Positions 15,845 to 23,697 of a stretch of DNA of 37,568 bases are shown in pieces. A model generated the notes under the pieces. The model worked only from the letters and a program-made list of their open reading frames with translations. It did not search any database and was not told the DNA's origin. The translations under genes and the position numbers were made by a program. The stretch's first letter is position 1. Every line of letters starts with the position of its first letter. Source of the stretch: a virus (taxonomy: Duplodnaviria > Caudoviricetes); the IMG/VR virus record IMGVR_UViG_3300048599_000067, positions 1 to 37,568 of that record; one strand, given 5' to 3'.

Positions 15845-16018
15845 TCAGGCCTGCTCGAGCGCGGCCGCGTCCTGCTCCGGCAGCCGCAGCGACACCGGCA
15901 CCGCGCCGGTGAACCGCACGTTCAGGCCGAGTTGGGTGGCGGCGTCCTGCGGGTCCACGCCCGCACGCACCGCGACACCCAGCGCGTCGTACTTCGCCTT
16001 CAGGTCCTGGGCGTCCAT
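15845..16018 (-). CDS. 57-aa protein downstream of the portal gene
   Basis: MDAQDLKAKYDALGVAVRAGVDPQDAA...FTGAVPVSLRLPE; TGATG coupling to the portal stop. Confidence 0.7.
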   Translation of the reverse strand: MDAQDLKAKYDALGVAVRAGVDPQDAATQLGLNVRFTGAVPVSLRLPEQDAAALEQA

Positions 16019-17529
16019 CACTGGAGGCCCCCCCCGAGTTCCGGATCGAGGTTGATGCTGGGCGTGGTCATGCTCTGCTCGACCATGATCCGCTGCACCT
16101 CCGCACCTACCTGCTCGTCCGTCCAGTCAGGATGGATCATCCGCACGCGAGTGTCCACCGACGCCGCCTGCGCCAAGTTCAGCAGCTGCACCGACTTGGC
16201 GACCTCGTCCGTCGTCGGCGACACAGCGGCCGGGAACATGACTTTCGGCCGGACCTGCTCGCCCTTGCTGAACACGAACCGGTCCACCGCGGTGACCGAC
16301 TCCAGGAAGTCCTCAAGGCCTGCCGTCCAGTACCTCGACTTCGTCTCCCGTGTCGTCATCGTCTTCCGCTCGCGGGCAGCCACCTCGGTGGCGGTGATCC
16401 CGACATCGTCCGTCAACCCGAACGTGGACGGGGAGTAGCCGGCCTCGCTGTAGATGTCCCTGGCGATCGCCTCCACCGTCTTGGCGTGATCCTCGACGGT
16501 GAACTTCGACTGCATCACCGTGATCGGCAGTCCAGGTGCGTCCGCCACCGCCTGTACCGGAACGAACACTTCCCGATCCGCATCGAAGGACGCGCCCTTC
16601 CCGGGACCCATGGAATCCAGCAGCGCCGACGCGGCGATGATCCTGGTGCGGTTCAGCCGCATCTCACGCCGCCAGTTACCCCACGCCTCGTCCAGCTCGT
16701 CGAACCTCGGCTCCAGCCCGGCGAAGTCCGAGCACCCGAGGTTCCGGCCCAACGGGTCGTTCCGCCATCCCGGCGCCGGCTTCACGTTCGGCACGTACAC
16801 CGCGGTCAGCAGCGAGGTCCCGGTCGGCACGCCAGCCTGGGAGTCCACCGGGATGTCCGCGGTCTGATCCGACTCGGTGAGCGGCACCAGCCTGCCCAGA
16901 TGGGTGGCGGTGCCCTGGTACAGCGCGTGGTCGATCCGGCCCGGCTTGTGCGTCTCAAGGTGCCGCCACACCGAGGCCCCTTCACGACGCACGACCTGCC
17001 AGAACGTGACCCCGGCCAGTCGGCCCCACCGGAACGTGGGGATCGCGGCGTCGGCCTGCGCGATGCTGATCAGCGGGTACTGGGCAATGCCCTGATCCCA
17101 GCCGATCTTCAGGTACACGCCGCCGAGCGCTGCGCAGTACTCGGCCGCTTCGGGCAGCAGCGACTGCCAGCGGTTCCCGTCGAGGACCTCACGCAGCCTC
17201 GCCTGGTCGACTTTGCCGGTGTCGAGCTGCAGCTCCTCACCGAACAGCAGCGAGGCGGACGCGCGGGCGATGTCCCTGGCGACCGGCACGTGCGACTTGG
17301 CGCGCGTCTGGCCGGTCGGCACGGGCTGACCCCACCACCAGCGCGAGATCCGGCCCTGCATGCCGTTGGCGTGCTGGGAGGGCCGGTAACGCTGCTGCTG
17401 GCTGTAGCCGCCGTACAGGGCGGCCAGTTTCTCCGGGTCGCCCTCGTACCAGGTGGCCCACGTGTTGATCGGGTCGGTGATGGGGGCGAGGGCTGCGGGT
17501 GGCCATACGGAGTCGGCGGGGATGATCAC
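16018..17529 (-). CDS. Portal protein (A118/SPP1-like)
   Basis: WATWYEGD, HVPVARDIA..SASLLFGE, ALGGVYLK, AGYSPSTFG, TATEV motifs; GTGA overlap with terL. Confidence 0.92.
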   Translation of the reverse strand: MIIPADSVWPPAALAPITDPINTWATWYEGDPEKLAALYGGYSQQQRYRPSQHANGMQGRISRWWWGQPVPTGQTRAKSHVPVARDIARASASLLFGEELQLDTGKVDQARLREVLDGNRWQSLLPEAAEYCAALGGVYLKIGWDQGIAQYPLISIAQADAAIPTFRWGRLAGVTFWQVVRREGASVWRHLETHKPGRIDHALYQGTATHLGRLVPLTESDQTADIPVDSQAGVPTGTSLLTAVYVPNVKPAPGWRNDPLGRNLGCSDFAGLEPRFDELDEAWGNWRREMRLNRTRIIAASALLDSMGPGKGASFDADREVFVPVQAVADAPGLPITVMQSKFTVEDHAKTVEAIARDIYSEAGYSPSTFGLTDDVGITATEVAARERKTMTTRETKSRYWTAGLEDFLESVTAVDRFVFSKGEQVRPKVMFPAAVSPTTDEVAKSVQLLNLAQAASVDTRVRMIHPDWTDEQVGAEVQRIMVEQSMTTPSINLDPELGGGLQ

Positions 17530-18782
17530 GCTGCGGTCACCTCCTCGCTGTCGGTTCCTGGCGCCACGTCGGTGGCGGTGATGATCGGGATCGCTTGCCG
17601 CCACACGTGCCGGGTGCTGTAGCAGGCGTAGCGGAGCGCGTCGCATGAATGGTCGTTGATCTTGATCGGCGCGTCCTCGCCCTTCGCGGTCTTCTTCGGG
17701 TCCCACATGTAGCCGGGGATTTCCTTGATCAGGGCGGTGCACGACCGGTGGATGCGGAGCCGGTCGGCGGCCAGCAGCGACGACACGAGCCGGATGCCCG
17801 GCAGCACCGCGTTGCTCGCGCTGACCACGTTCGACAGGCCGTCTGTGAACAGCTGCTGCTTGAAGCCGGCGGCGGCCGGGTCGACCGCCACCCATGGCAC
17901 CGGGCCGGTGCCGTCAAGCCATGCCCGCAGGCTCGCGGAACGCTGCGCCTCGGTGCCTTTCGGTGGGTCCCACTCGGCGGTCACGTAGAGCCGGACCGGG
18001 TCGCCGCCGTAGGCCAGTAGCACGCCGCGGGCCGGGTTCGTGGTGCCGTAGTCGACACCCGCGCCGAGCGGGATCAGCCCGTCCGGCAGGATGTCGACCA
18101 GGTGCCGGCCTTCGTCCCATGCCTCGTAGATCGCGCCTTCGGCCTGCACCCATTCGCCCTGGATGAACCGCCGGTACCACAGCCCGGTGAACTCGGCGGC
18201 CTTCTGGGCCTTGTAGTCGTCGGTGAGGCCCGGGTTGTCGGCCATCGTGAAGTGCCAACGCCGCCAGTGAGGCAGGCTCGACAGCCGGTCGAGGTAGTTG
18301 ACCTTCAGCCAGTGCTGCGGGCCGTCCGGATTCGTGGTGCCGAACAGCTGGGCACCCTCCACGGACATGCGGCCCAGCAGTTGGACGAAGAACAGCTCGG
18401 GGATTGTGGTGATCTCGTCCACGTACGCGATCTCCACCGTCAGGCCGCGCAGCACCAGTTCGGCCTTCACGTCGCTGGCGCCCATCACGTACACGCGGCG
18501 GCCGAGGATGCTGACGGTCGGCGCCCCGTAGTTGCCGAGGATCTGGTCGGCGACCTCGCTGCCGACGATCGCGGGTGACTGGAGGGGCCCGATCACGTTG
18601 CGCCACGCGGCGTCCCTGGTGCGGCCGATGATGACGACCTCGCCGCCGCGGGAGGGTTTCGCGCAGCGGATCACGAACCGCAGCAGGCTGGCGATGGTCT
18701 TGCCAGACCGGATGGCCCCAACCCAGACGTTGACGGACGCGGTCGACTCGCGGATCGACAGCAGCTGCTTGTCGCCCAGCAT
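17526..18782 (-). CDS. terL: Terminase large subunit (full length)
   Basis: Walker A GAIRSGKT, Walker B AYVDE, TTNP, nuclease motifs GVDYG, VDP and DHSCDALRY. Confidence 0.95.
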   Translation of the reverse strand: MLGDKQLLSIRESTASVNVWVGAIRSGKTIASLLRFVIRCAKPSRGGEVVIIGRTRDAAWRNVIGPLQSPAIVGSEVADQILGNYGAPTVSILGRRVYVMGASDVKAELVLRGLTVEIAYVDEITTIPELFFVQLLGRMSVEGAQLFGTTNPDGPQHWLKVNYLDRLSSLPHWRRWHFTMADNPGLTDDYKAQKAAEFTGLWYRRFIQGEWVQAEGAIYEAWDEGRHLVDILPDGLIPLGAGVDYGTTNPARGVLLAYGGDPVRLYVTAEWDPPKGTEAQRSASLRAWLDGTGPVPWVAVDPAAAGFKQQLFTDGLSNVVSASNAVLPGIRLVSSLLAADRLRIHRSCTALIKEIPGYMWDPKKTAKGEDAPIKINDHSCDALRYACYSTRHVWRQAIPIITATDVAPGTDSEEVTAA

Positions 18783-18785
18783 CGG

Positions 18786-19268
18786 TCAGAGCCCGAGTTG
18801 GCCGGCGATGTCGCCGAGCAAGCCCCGGACCTTCTCGGCTTGCGGGTTGTTGGCCTGTTCGAGGCGGTTGGCGGCGAGGGCGAGCTGGGCGGCCGCGGCG
18901 GCGAGTTCCTTGTAGTCGCGGGCCGGAATGAAGTCGAGGGTCTTGACCTTCTCCTCGCCGAAGCTGGCTTTGAGGATGGTCCGGAACTCGCCGGGGTTGG
19001 TGAGCCGCTGCAGCACGGTGAGCGTCTCGGCGTACATGCCCTGCAGGGCCTGCGAGCGGGCCTCGGCGAGGTCGTCTTGGCGGGCTGCGGTGGCGGCCCT
19101 GGTGGCGGTCCGGTCGAAGCTCAGCCCGGCCTCGGAGACGATCTTGGTGACGACGGCGGCGGCGACTCCGGTGCGGCGGTGGATTTCGTTGCGGCCGTAG
19201 CCTTCGGAGTGGAGCTGGAGTACTCGGGCCCGCTGCTCGCTGCTGGTGGGGATGGTGGCACCGGCCAT
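18786..19268 (-). CDS. Terminase small subunit / HTH protein (copy 1)
   Basis: N-terminal HTH (GYGRNEIHRRTGV...VTKIV); immediately upstream of terL. Confidence 0.8.
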   Translation of the reverse strand: MAGATIPTSSEQRARVLQLHSEGYGRNEIHRRTGVAAAVVTKIVSEAGLSFDRTATRAATAARQDDLAEARSQALQGMYAETLTVLQRLTNPGEFRTILKASFGEEKVKTLDFIPARDYKELAAAAAQLALAANRLEQANNPQAEKVRGLLGDIAGQLGL

Positions 19269-19275
19269 GGGGGCA

Positions 19276-19929
19276 TCACCTCGCTTCGGCCTGCACCCAT
19301 TCGCCCTGGATGAACCGCCGGTACCACAGCCCGGTGAACTCGGCGGCCTTCTGGGCCTTGTAGTCGTCGGTGAGGCCCGGGTTGTCGGCCATCGTGAAGT
19401 GCCAACGCCGCCAGTGAGGCAGGCTCGACAGCCGGTCGAGGTAGTTGACCTTCAGCCAGTGCTGCGGGCCGTCCGGATTCGTGGTGCCGAACAGCTGGGC
19501 ACCCTCCACGGACATGCGGCCCAGCAGTTGGACGAAGAACAGCTCGGGGATTGTGGTGATCTCGTCCACGTACGCGATCTCCACCGTCAGGCCGCGCAGC
19601 ACCAGTTCGGCCTTCACGTCGCTGGCGCCCATCACGTACACGCGGCGGCCGAGGATGCTGACGGTCGGCGCCCCGTAGTTGCCGAGGATCTGGTCGGCGA
19701 CCTCGCTGCCGACGATCGCGGGTGACTGGAGGGGCCCGATCACGTTGCGCCACGCGGCGTCCCTGGTGCGGCCGATGATGACGACCTCGCCGCCGCGGGA
19801 GGGTTTCGCGCAGCGGATCACGAACCGCAGCAGGCTGGCGATGGTCTTGCCAGACCGGATGGCCCCAACCCAGACGTTGACGGACGCGGTCGACTCGCGG
19901 ATCGACAGCAGCTGCTTGTCGCCCAGCAT
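19276..19929 (-). pseudogene. Truncated terL copy (ATPase domain only, 217 aa)
   Basis: Identical to the N-terminal 215 aa of terL, then AR-stop across the duplication junction. Confidence 0.9.
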
Positions 19930-19932
19930 CGG

Positions 19933-20415
19933 TCAGAGCCCGAGTTGGCCGGCGATGTCGCCGAGCAAGCCCCGGACCTTCTCGGCTTGCGGGTTGTTGG
20001 CCTGTTCGAGGCGGTTGGCGGCGAGGGCGAGCTGGGCGGCCGCGGCGGCGAGTTCCTTGTAGTCGCGGGCCGGAATGAAGTCGAGGGTCTTGACCTTCTC
20101 CTCGCCGAAGCTGGCTTTGAGGATGGTCCGGAACTCGCCGGGGTTGGTGAGCCGCTGCAGCACGGTGAGCGTCTCGGCGTACATGCCCTGCAGGGCCTGC
20201 GAGCGGGCCTCGGCGAGGTCGTCTTGGCGGGCTGCGGTGGCGGCCCTGGTGGCGGTCCGGTCGAAGCTCAGCCCGGCCTCGGAGACGATCTTGGTGACGA
20301 CGGCGGCGGCGACTCCGGTGCGGCGGTGGATTTCGTTGCGGCCGTAGCCTTCGGAGTGGAGCTGGAGTACTCGGGCCCGCTGCTCGCTGCTGGTGGGGAT
20401 GGTGGCACCGGCCAT
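19933..20415 (-). CDS. Terminase small subunit / HTH protein (copy 2)
   Basis: Same translation as 18786-19268. Confidence 0.8.
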   Translation of the reverse strand: MAGATIPTSSEQRARVLQLHSEGYGRNEIHRRTGVAAAVVTKIVSEAGLSFDRTATRAATAARQDDLAEARSQALQGMYAETLTVLQRLTNPGEFRTILKASFGEEKVKTLDFIPARDYKELAAAAAQLALAANRLEQANNPQAEKVRGLLGDIAGQLGL

Positions 20416-20484
20416 GGGGGCATCACCTCGCAGCGGACGTTCGGGGGTGGGCTCCTGGCCTGTGGCTGCCGCGCCTGGCGGCAT

Positions 20485-20511
20485 GAGAAACCCGGCCCCT
20501 GAGAGGCCGGG
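20485..20511 (-). terminator. Terminator-like hairpin in the late leader
   Basis: cccggcc/ggccggg stem followed by TTTCTC on the minus strand. Confidence 0.55.
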
Positions 20512-20552
20512 CGGTCTACTTTCGGGGACGGTAAACGTCGCCCACGTGTCCA

Positions 20553-20620
20553 ACGCTAGCAGACCTGCGCATGCATCGAGGTGCATCTAGGGGCATTTGG
20601 GGGCATTTGGGGTCACCTGG
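20553..20620 (-). promoter_or_regulatory. Putative late promoter with phased upstream repeats
   Basis: Extended -10 TGcTAGCGT (20553-20561); five 10-bp-period units at 20571-20620. Confidence 0.5.
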
Positions 20621-20885
20621 GGCGCGGCAGTGGGTCGGGCCGATCGCCCCCAAGCGGCCAGGCCACACCGCTCCGTGAGCGGTGGTCACCTCTGTGGTGG
20701 TAGGGAAGCCAGCACGGGTCGAGCTCGCCGTAGTTGCCGCACGCGACCGCGTGACACCACACGCATCGCCATGAGGTTCTGTCGGCGCCCCACCGCTGAT
20801 ACCGGTACGGCCGCCAGTCGTGAGTGGAACCGCTGATGGTGCACACCTGCACGTCCCAGGAGTTGGCGGTCTCAAGCTCGTTCAT
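20613..20885 (-). CDS. 90-aa Cys/His-rich hypothetical protein
   Basis: CVWC, CWLPYHHRGDH; ATGA overlap with the upstream gene. Confidence 0.65.
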   Translation of the reverse strand: MNELETANSWDVQVCTISGSTHDWRPYRYQRWGADRTSWRCVWCHAVACGNYGELDPCWLPYHHRGDHRSRSGVAWPLGGDRPDPLPRPR

Positions 20886-21796
20886 GACGCCAGCCTCGCC
20901 TGGAGATCTCGCACGTCCCGCAGCCGGTACGCCCACTGGGCGTCCGTCACCAGCCGCTTCCCACGCCACGACGGCACCACTATCCGCTCCCGAGGCAAAC
21001 CATGCCGCTGCACCAAGTACGAGATCCGCTGCCGGGAGATCGGTTCCCCGTTGCGAGCGAGCACGAACCGGACCTCCTCCGCTGTGAGCATCACGTCCCC
21101 CGAGGCGTCCAGCAGGTCCGCCTGGTGCTGGTCCCACGACGCGCTGTACGAGCACTCGGTGGCCGGGCACACGATCGGCACCTCGGCCTCCGCGGTGCGC
21201 GCCGGCAGCGGGATCTCCGAGCGGCACACCGGGCACGCGGTCACATCCCGGTCCCGCGGCCGGTCGATCACCCGGTGCGCACGCGCCGCGGCCGCCGACA
21301 GCCGGCGCAGCAGCACACGGCGGTCCTCCGGCCGATCAGTCACGATCCGGCGCAGACGATCCAGGGCTGTGGCCGCGGCCGGCGACCACGGGATCGGCGC
21401 CTCGTCCGGGCGCTCCACGTCGCCCCGCCGGAACCCGTGCGGCGCGAACCGGTGGCCCTTCCGCAGCGCGATGGTGAGCTGCTCGATCAGCTCCGGCAGG
21501 TCGTACAGCAGACCGTCCAGCAGCACGTCGCACTCCGGGCACAGGTCGTCCCGCCTGTGCTCGCACGACGTGGGCACCGGGATCTCGACGCGCCACACCC
21601 GGTCCCGGAACCGGTACTCCGGGGCGCGCCGGCCGAGCACCCGCTCCACTGTGCCGATGCTCACCACGGGGGAGCCCAAGCCCTGGCAGTGGGCGCACTC
21701 GTCGACGTGCAGATCCGACCACTCGCACCGCTCCCGAACCGGCCCGGTTTGCGCGCGTGACTGCCGACCGGTCGTGATGGTCGCATGGTCGTTCAC
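20882..21796 (-). CDS. Zn-ribbon / HTH protein, candidate late-gene regulator
   Basis: CAHC, CPEC, CPVC, CPATEC and a C-terminal HTH-like ISRQRISYLVQR...YRLRDV; last large early gene. Confidence 0.6.
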   Translation of the reverse strand: MNDHATITTGRQSRAQTGPVRERCEWSDLHVDECAHCQGLGSPVVSIGTVERVLGRRAPEYRFRDRVWRVEIPVPTSCEHRRDDLCPECDVLLDGLLYDLPELIEQLTIALRKGHRFAPHGFRRGDVERPDEAPIPWSPAAATALDRLRRIVTDRPEDRRVLLRRLSAAAARAHRVIDRPRDRDVTACPVCRSEIPLPARTAEAEVPIVCPATECSYSASWDQHQADLLDASGDVMLTAEEVRFVLARNGEPISRQRISYLVQRHGLPRERIVVPSWRGKRLVTDAQWAYRLRDVRDLQARLAS

Positions 21797-22185
21797 TGGT
21801 CATCCTGGGTGGTTGTGGCGCGGTATTGCTCGCGGATTTGGCGGATGCGTTCGGGGGTGGCTGGTGTGCCGGCTGCTTCGCGTTGGCAGGGCAGGCAGGG
21901 TTCGCGGTCGCCGTGTTTGGGGCAGCGGGTGTCGGCGAGGTAGGGGGGTCGGGTGTCTTGGTCGGTGGCGGCGAGTCGGCTGGTGTGCCACCAGGGGCCG
22001 TCTGCGTCGATGCGTCCGGGGCCGCGGGTGTCGGGGTCGTAGGCGACCCAGATGAGGGCGAGGGCGACGTCTCTGGCTGGCCGGTGGTGGTGGCGGGCGA
22101 GCATGGTGATGAGGCTGGTGCGGAGCCAGTCGGGGCGGATGTGGGTGATGGCGCTGGCGATCTGTTCGGCTTCGGCGCGGTTCAT
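21793..22185 (-). CDS. Conserved replication-module hypothetical protein
   Basis: IRPDW...PGRI...GPWW, CPKH...CLPC; coupled to the initiator gene. Confidence 0.7.
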   Translation of the reverse strand: MNRAEAEQIASAITHIRPDWLRTSLITMLARHHHRPARDVALALIWVAYDPDTRGPGRIDADGPWWHTSRLAATDQDTRPPYLADTRCPKHGDREPCLPCQREAAGTPATPERIRQIREQYRATTTQDDQ

Positions 22186-22697
22186 CGTGGAGCCTCCCAA
22201 GGCCAAGCGTCGGCGTCTTGCGCGTTAGCTACTTGACGTTTGGCATTGGTGGTGACCACTGATGTATGGGTCGGGTCGGGTCGGGTCGGGTCGGGGTTGG
22301 CGAACGGGTCTGAGCCGGTTCGCGGAACTTCATGCGAACGGCCCCCGCTCACTAGGGGGTTTGCGTGGTTCTGCCGCTTTTTGCGCGCTCGAATCTCCCT
22401 CATTCGTTCGCGTGCTGCGGCTCTTTCGATCTCGATTTGCTCCTTTTTCGGGTTCCTTTCCTCCCATTCGTGGAAGGAAAACCCTCCGTCGACCTCATGC
22501 CAGAGCCCCACCTTGACGAGCTTCGCTGCCTGCTGCGGGGTGCCGAGTAGGGCCGCAACGTGGGCGGGCACGTACCCGTCGTTGAGCTGCTGGGAGGCCC
22601 ACGATCCGGCTCGGACCCATAGGCCCATGGCCGCATTCCCAGCGGCTACTGCCTTGGCGTGGAAGGCGAGGTTGTCGTCCACCTTGAACCACGGCAT
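22182..22697 (-). CDS. RepA-like replication initiator
   Basis: MPWFKVDD..FHAK...GLWVRAGSW...DGYVP, FHEWEERNP, PDPTRPDPT. Confidence 0.8.
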   Translation of the reverse strand: MPWFKVDDNLAFHAKAVAAGNAAMGLWVRAGSWASQQLNDGYVPAHVAALLGTPQQAAKLVKVGLWHEVDGGFSFHEWEERNPKKEQIEIERAAARERMREIRARKKRQNHANPLVSGGRSHEVPRTGSDPFANPDPTRPDPTHTSVVTTNAKRQVANAQDADAWPWEAPR

Positions 22698-23542
22698 CAG
22701 GCGGCCTCCGTTCTTGTGATTCGTTGCCACAGGTCAAGTCGTCCGGCTCGCCGGAGGGCCTTGTAGATGGCGTCGCGGGTGACGTCGCAGCGGGTGGTGA
22801 TGTCGGCGAGCGGGGTACCGTTTTCGGCGAGCCACAGGTAGTCGTCGAGGCTCTGTCCGCGGCCTGCTGGGGCGGGTGTGGCGTTCGGGTTGTCGATGCC
22901 GTGTGGCCCGTTTCCGTCGTCCCAGGCGAGGGGTGGCTGCCAGCCTTTCCGGGTGGCGATGTTGCGGGCCCTGTCGGCCTGCCAGCCGGTGCGGGGGGTC
23001 ATGTTGAGGGCCCGGTAGGTCTGGTCGACGCGGGCGGCGACGGTGGCGTGCACGACGGGCTTTTCGCCGCGCCGGAGGCGTTCGACGCGGCGCGGGTTGA
23101 CGCCGAGCAGGGGTGCGAGGGTGGCGCTGTCGTGGCCGAGGCGGGCGAGGGCTTGGAGTCGCCGGGTGGTGCCGGTGGCGTCGATCCAGCCGTGCTGGCT
23201 GGTGGCTGGCTGCACGTTGAGGATGGCTGTGGCGGCGGCCCGGTTCATGCTGTGGGTGCGGCCGGCGGCGAGGTTGCTGATGGTGGCTGGGCTGATGTGG
23301 GCGTGGTGGGCGATATCGGGGTTGGTCATGCCCGCGTGGTTGAGCCGGGCGATGTGTGCGAGTACGAGGTCGCCGGGGACGCGTTGGTGGTGTCCGGCGG
23401 TTTGGTGGGCTTGCCAGCGGGTGGCGGCGTCGCAGCAGGACCGGCAGCGGCATTCGCAGCGGTTGTAGCAGGTGCGGCTGCCTGCGGGGTGCCGGTGGCA
23501 GGTGTGGTCGGGTCTGGGCGCGTCGTATGGCTGTCCGGTCAT
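22697..23542 (-). CDS. Multi-HTH DNA-binding protein with CxCxxC motif
   Basis: CECRCRSC, HTH segments, GTTRRLQALARLG, GWQPPLAWDD. Confidence 0.75.
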   Translation of the reverse strand: MTGQPYDAPRPDHTCHRHPAGSRTCYNRCECRCRSCCDAATRWQAHQTAGHHQRVPGDLVLAHIARLNHAGMTNPDIAHHAHISPATISNLAAGRTHSMNRAAATAILNVQPATSQHGWIDATGTTRRLQALARLGHDSATLAPLLGVNPRRVERLRRGEKPVVHATVAARVDQTYRALNMTPRTGWQADRARNIATRKGWQPPLAWDDGNGPHGIDNPNATPAPAGRGQSLDDYLWLAENGTPLADITTRCDVTRDAIYKALRRAGRLDLWQRITRTEAA

Positions 23543-23697
23543 GGGAGGACCTCGACCCGCATTTGGGTGGCGGTTCGGAGCAGTCGTTCGACCCGGCGGC
23601 GTTCTTGGTCGGTCCATTGCTTGGATCGCCAGAAGACGAGCGCGCTCTCGATGTCGCCGGAGGCGAGGGCGTGGACCAGCTGGTCGTAGCGGGTCAT
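23539..23697 (-). CDS. 52-aa hypothetical protein
   Basis: MTRYDQLVHALASGD...; ATGA overlaps at both ends. Confidence 0.6.
   Translation of the reverse strand: MTRYDQLVHALASGDIESALVFWRSKQWTDQERRRVERLLRTATQMRVEVLP

Larger units (their letters stand above)
18137..20431. repeat. 1147-bp tandem direct duplication (18137-19284 / 19284-20431)
   Basis: Constant 1147 offset; identical translations in all frames listed; a single shared C at the junction. Confidence 0.95.
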
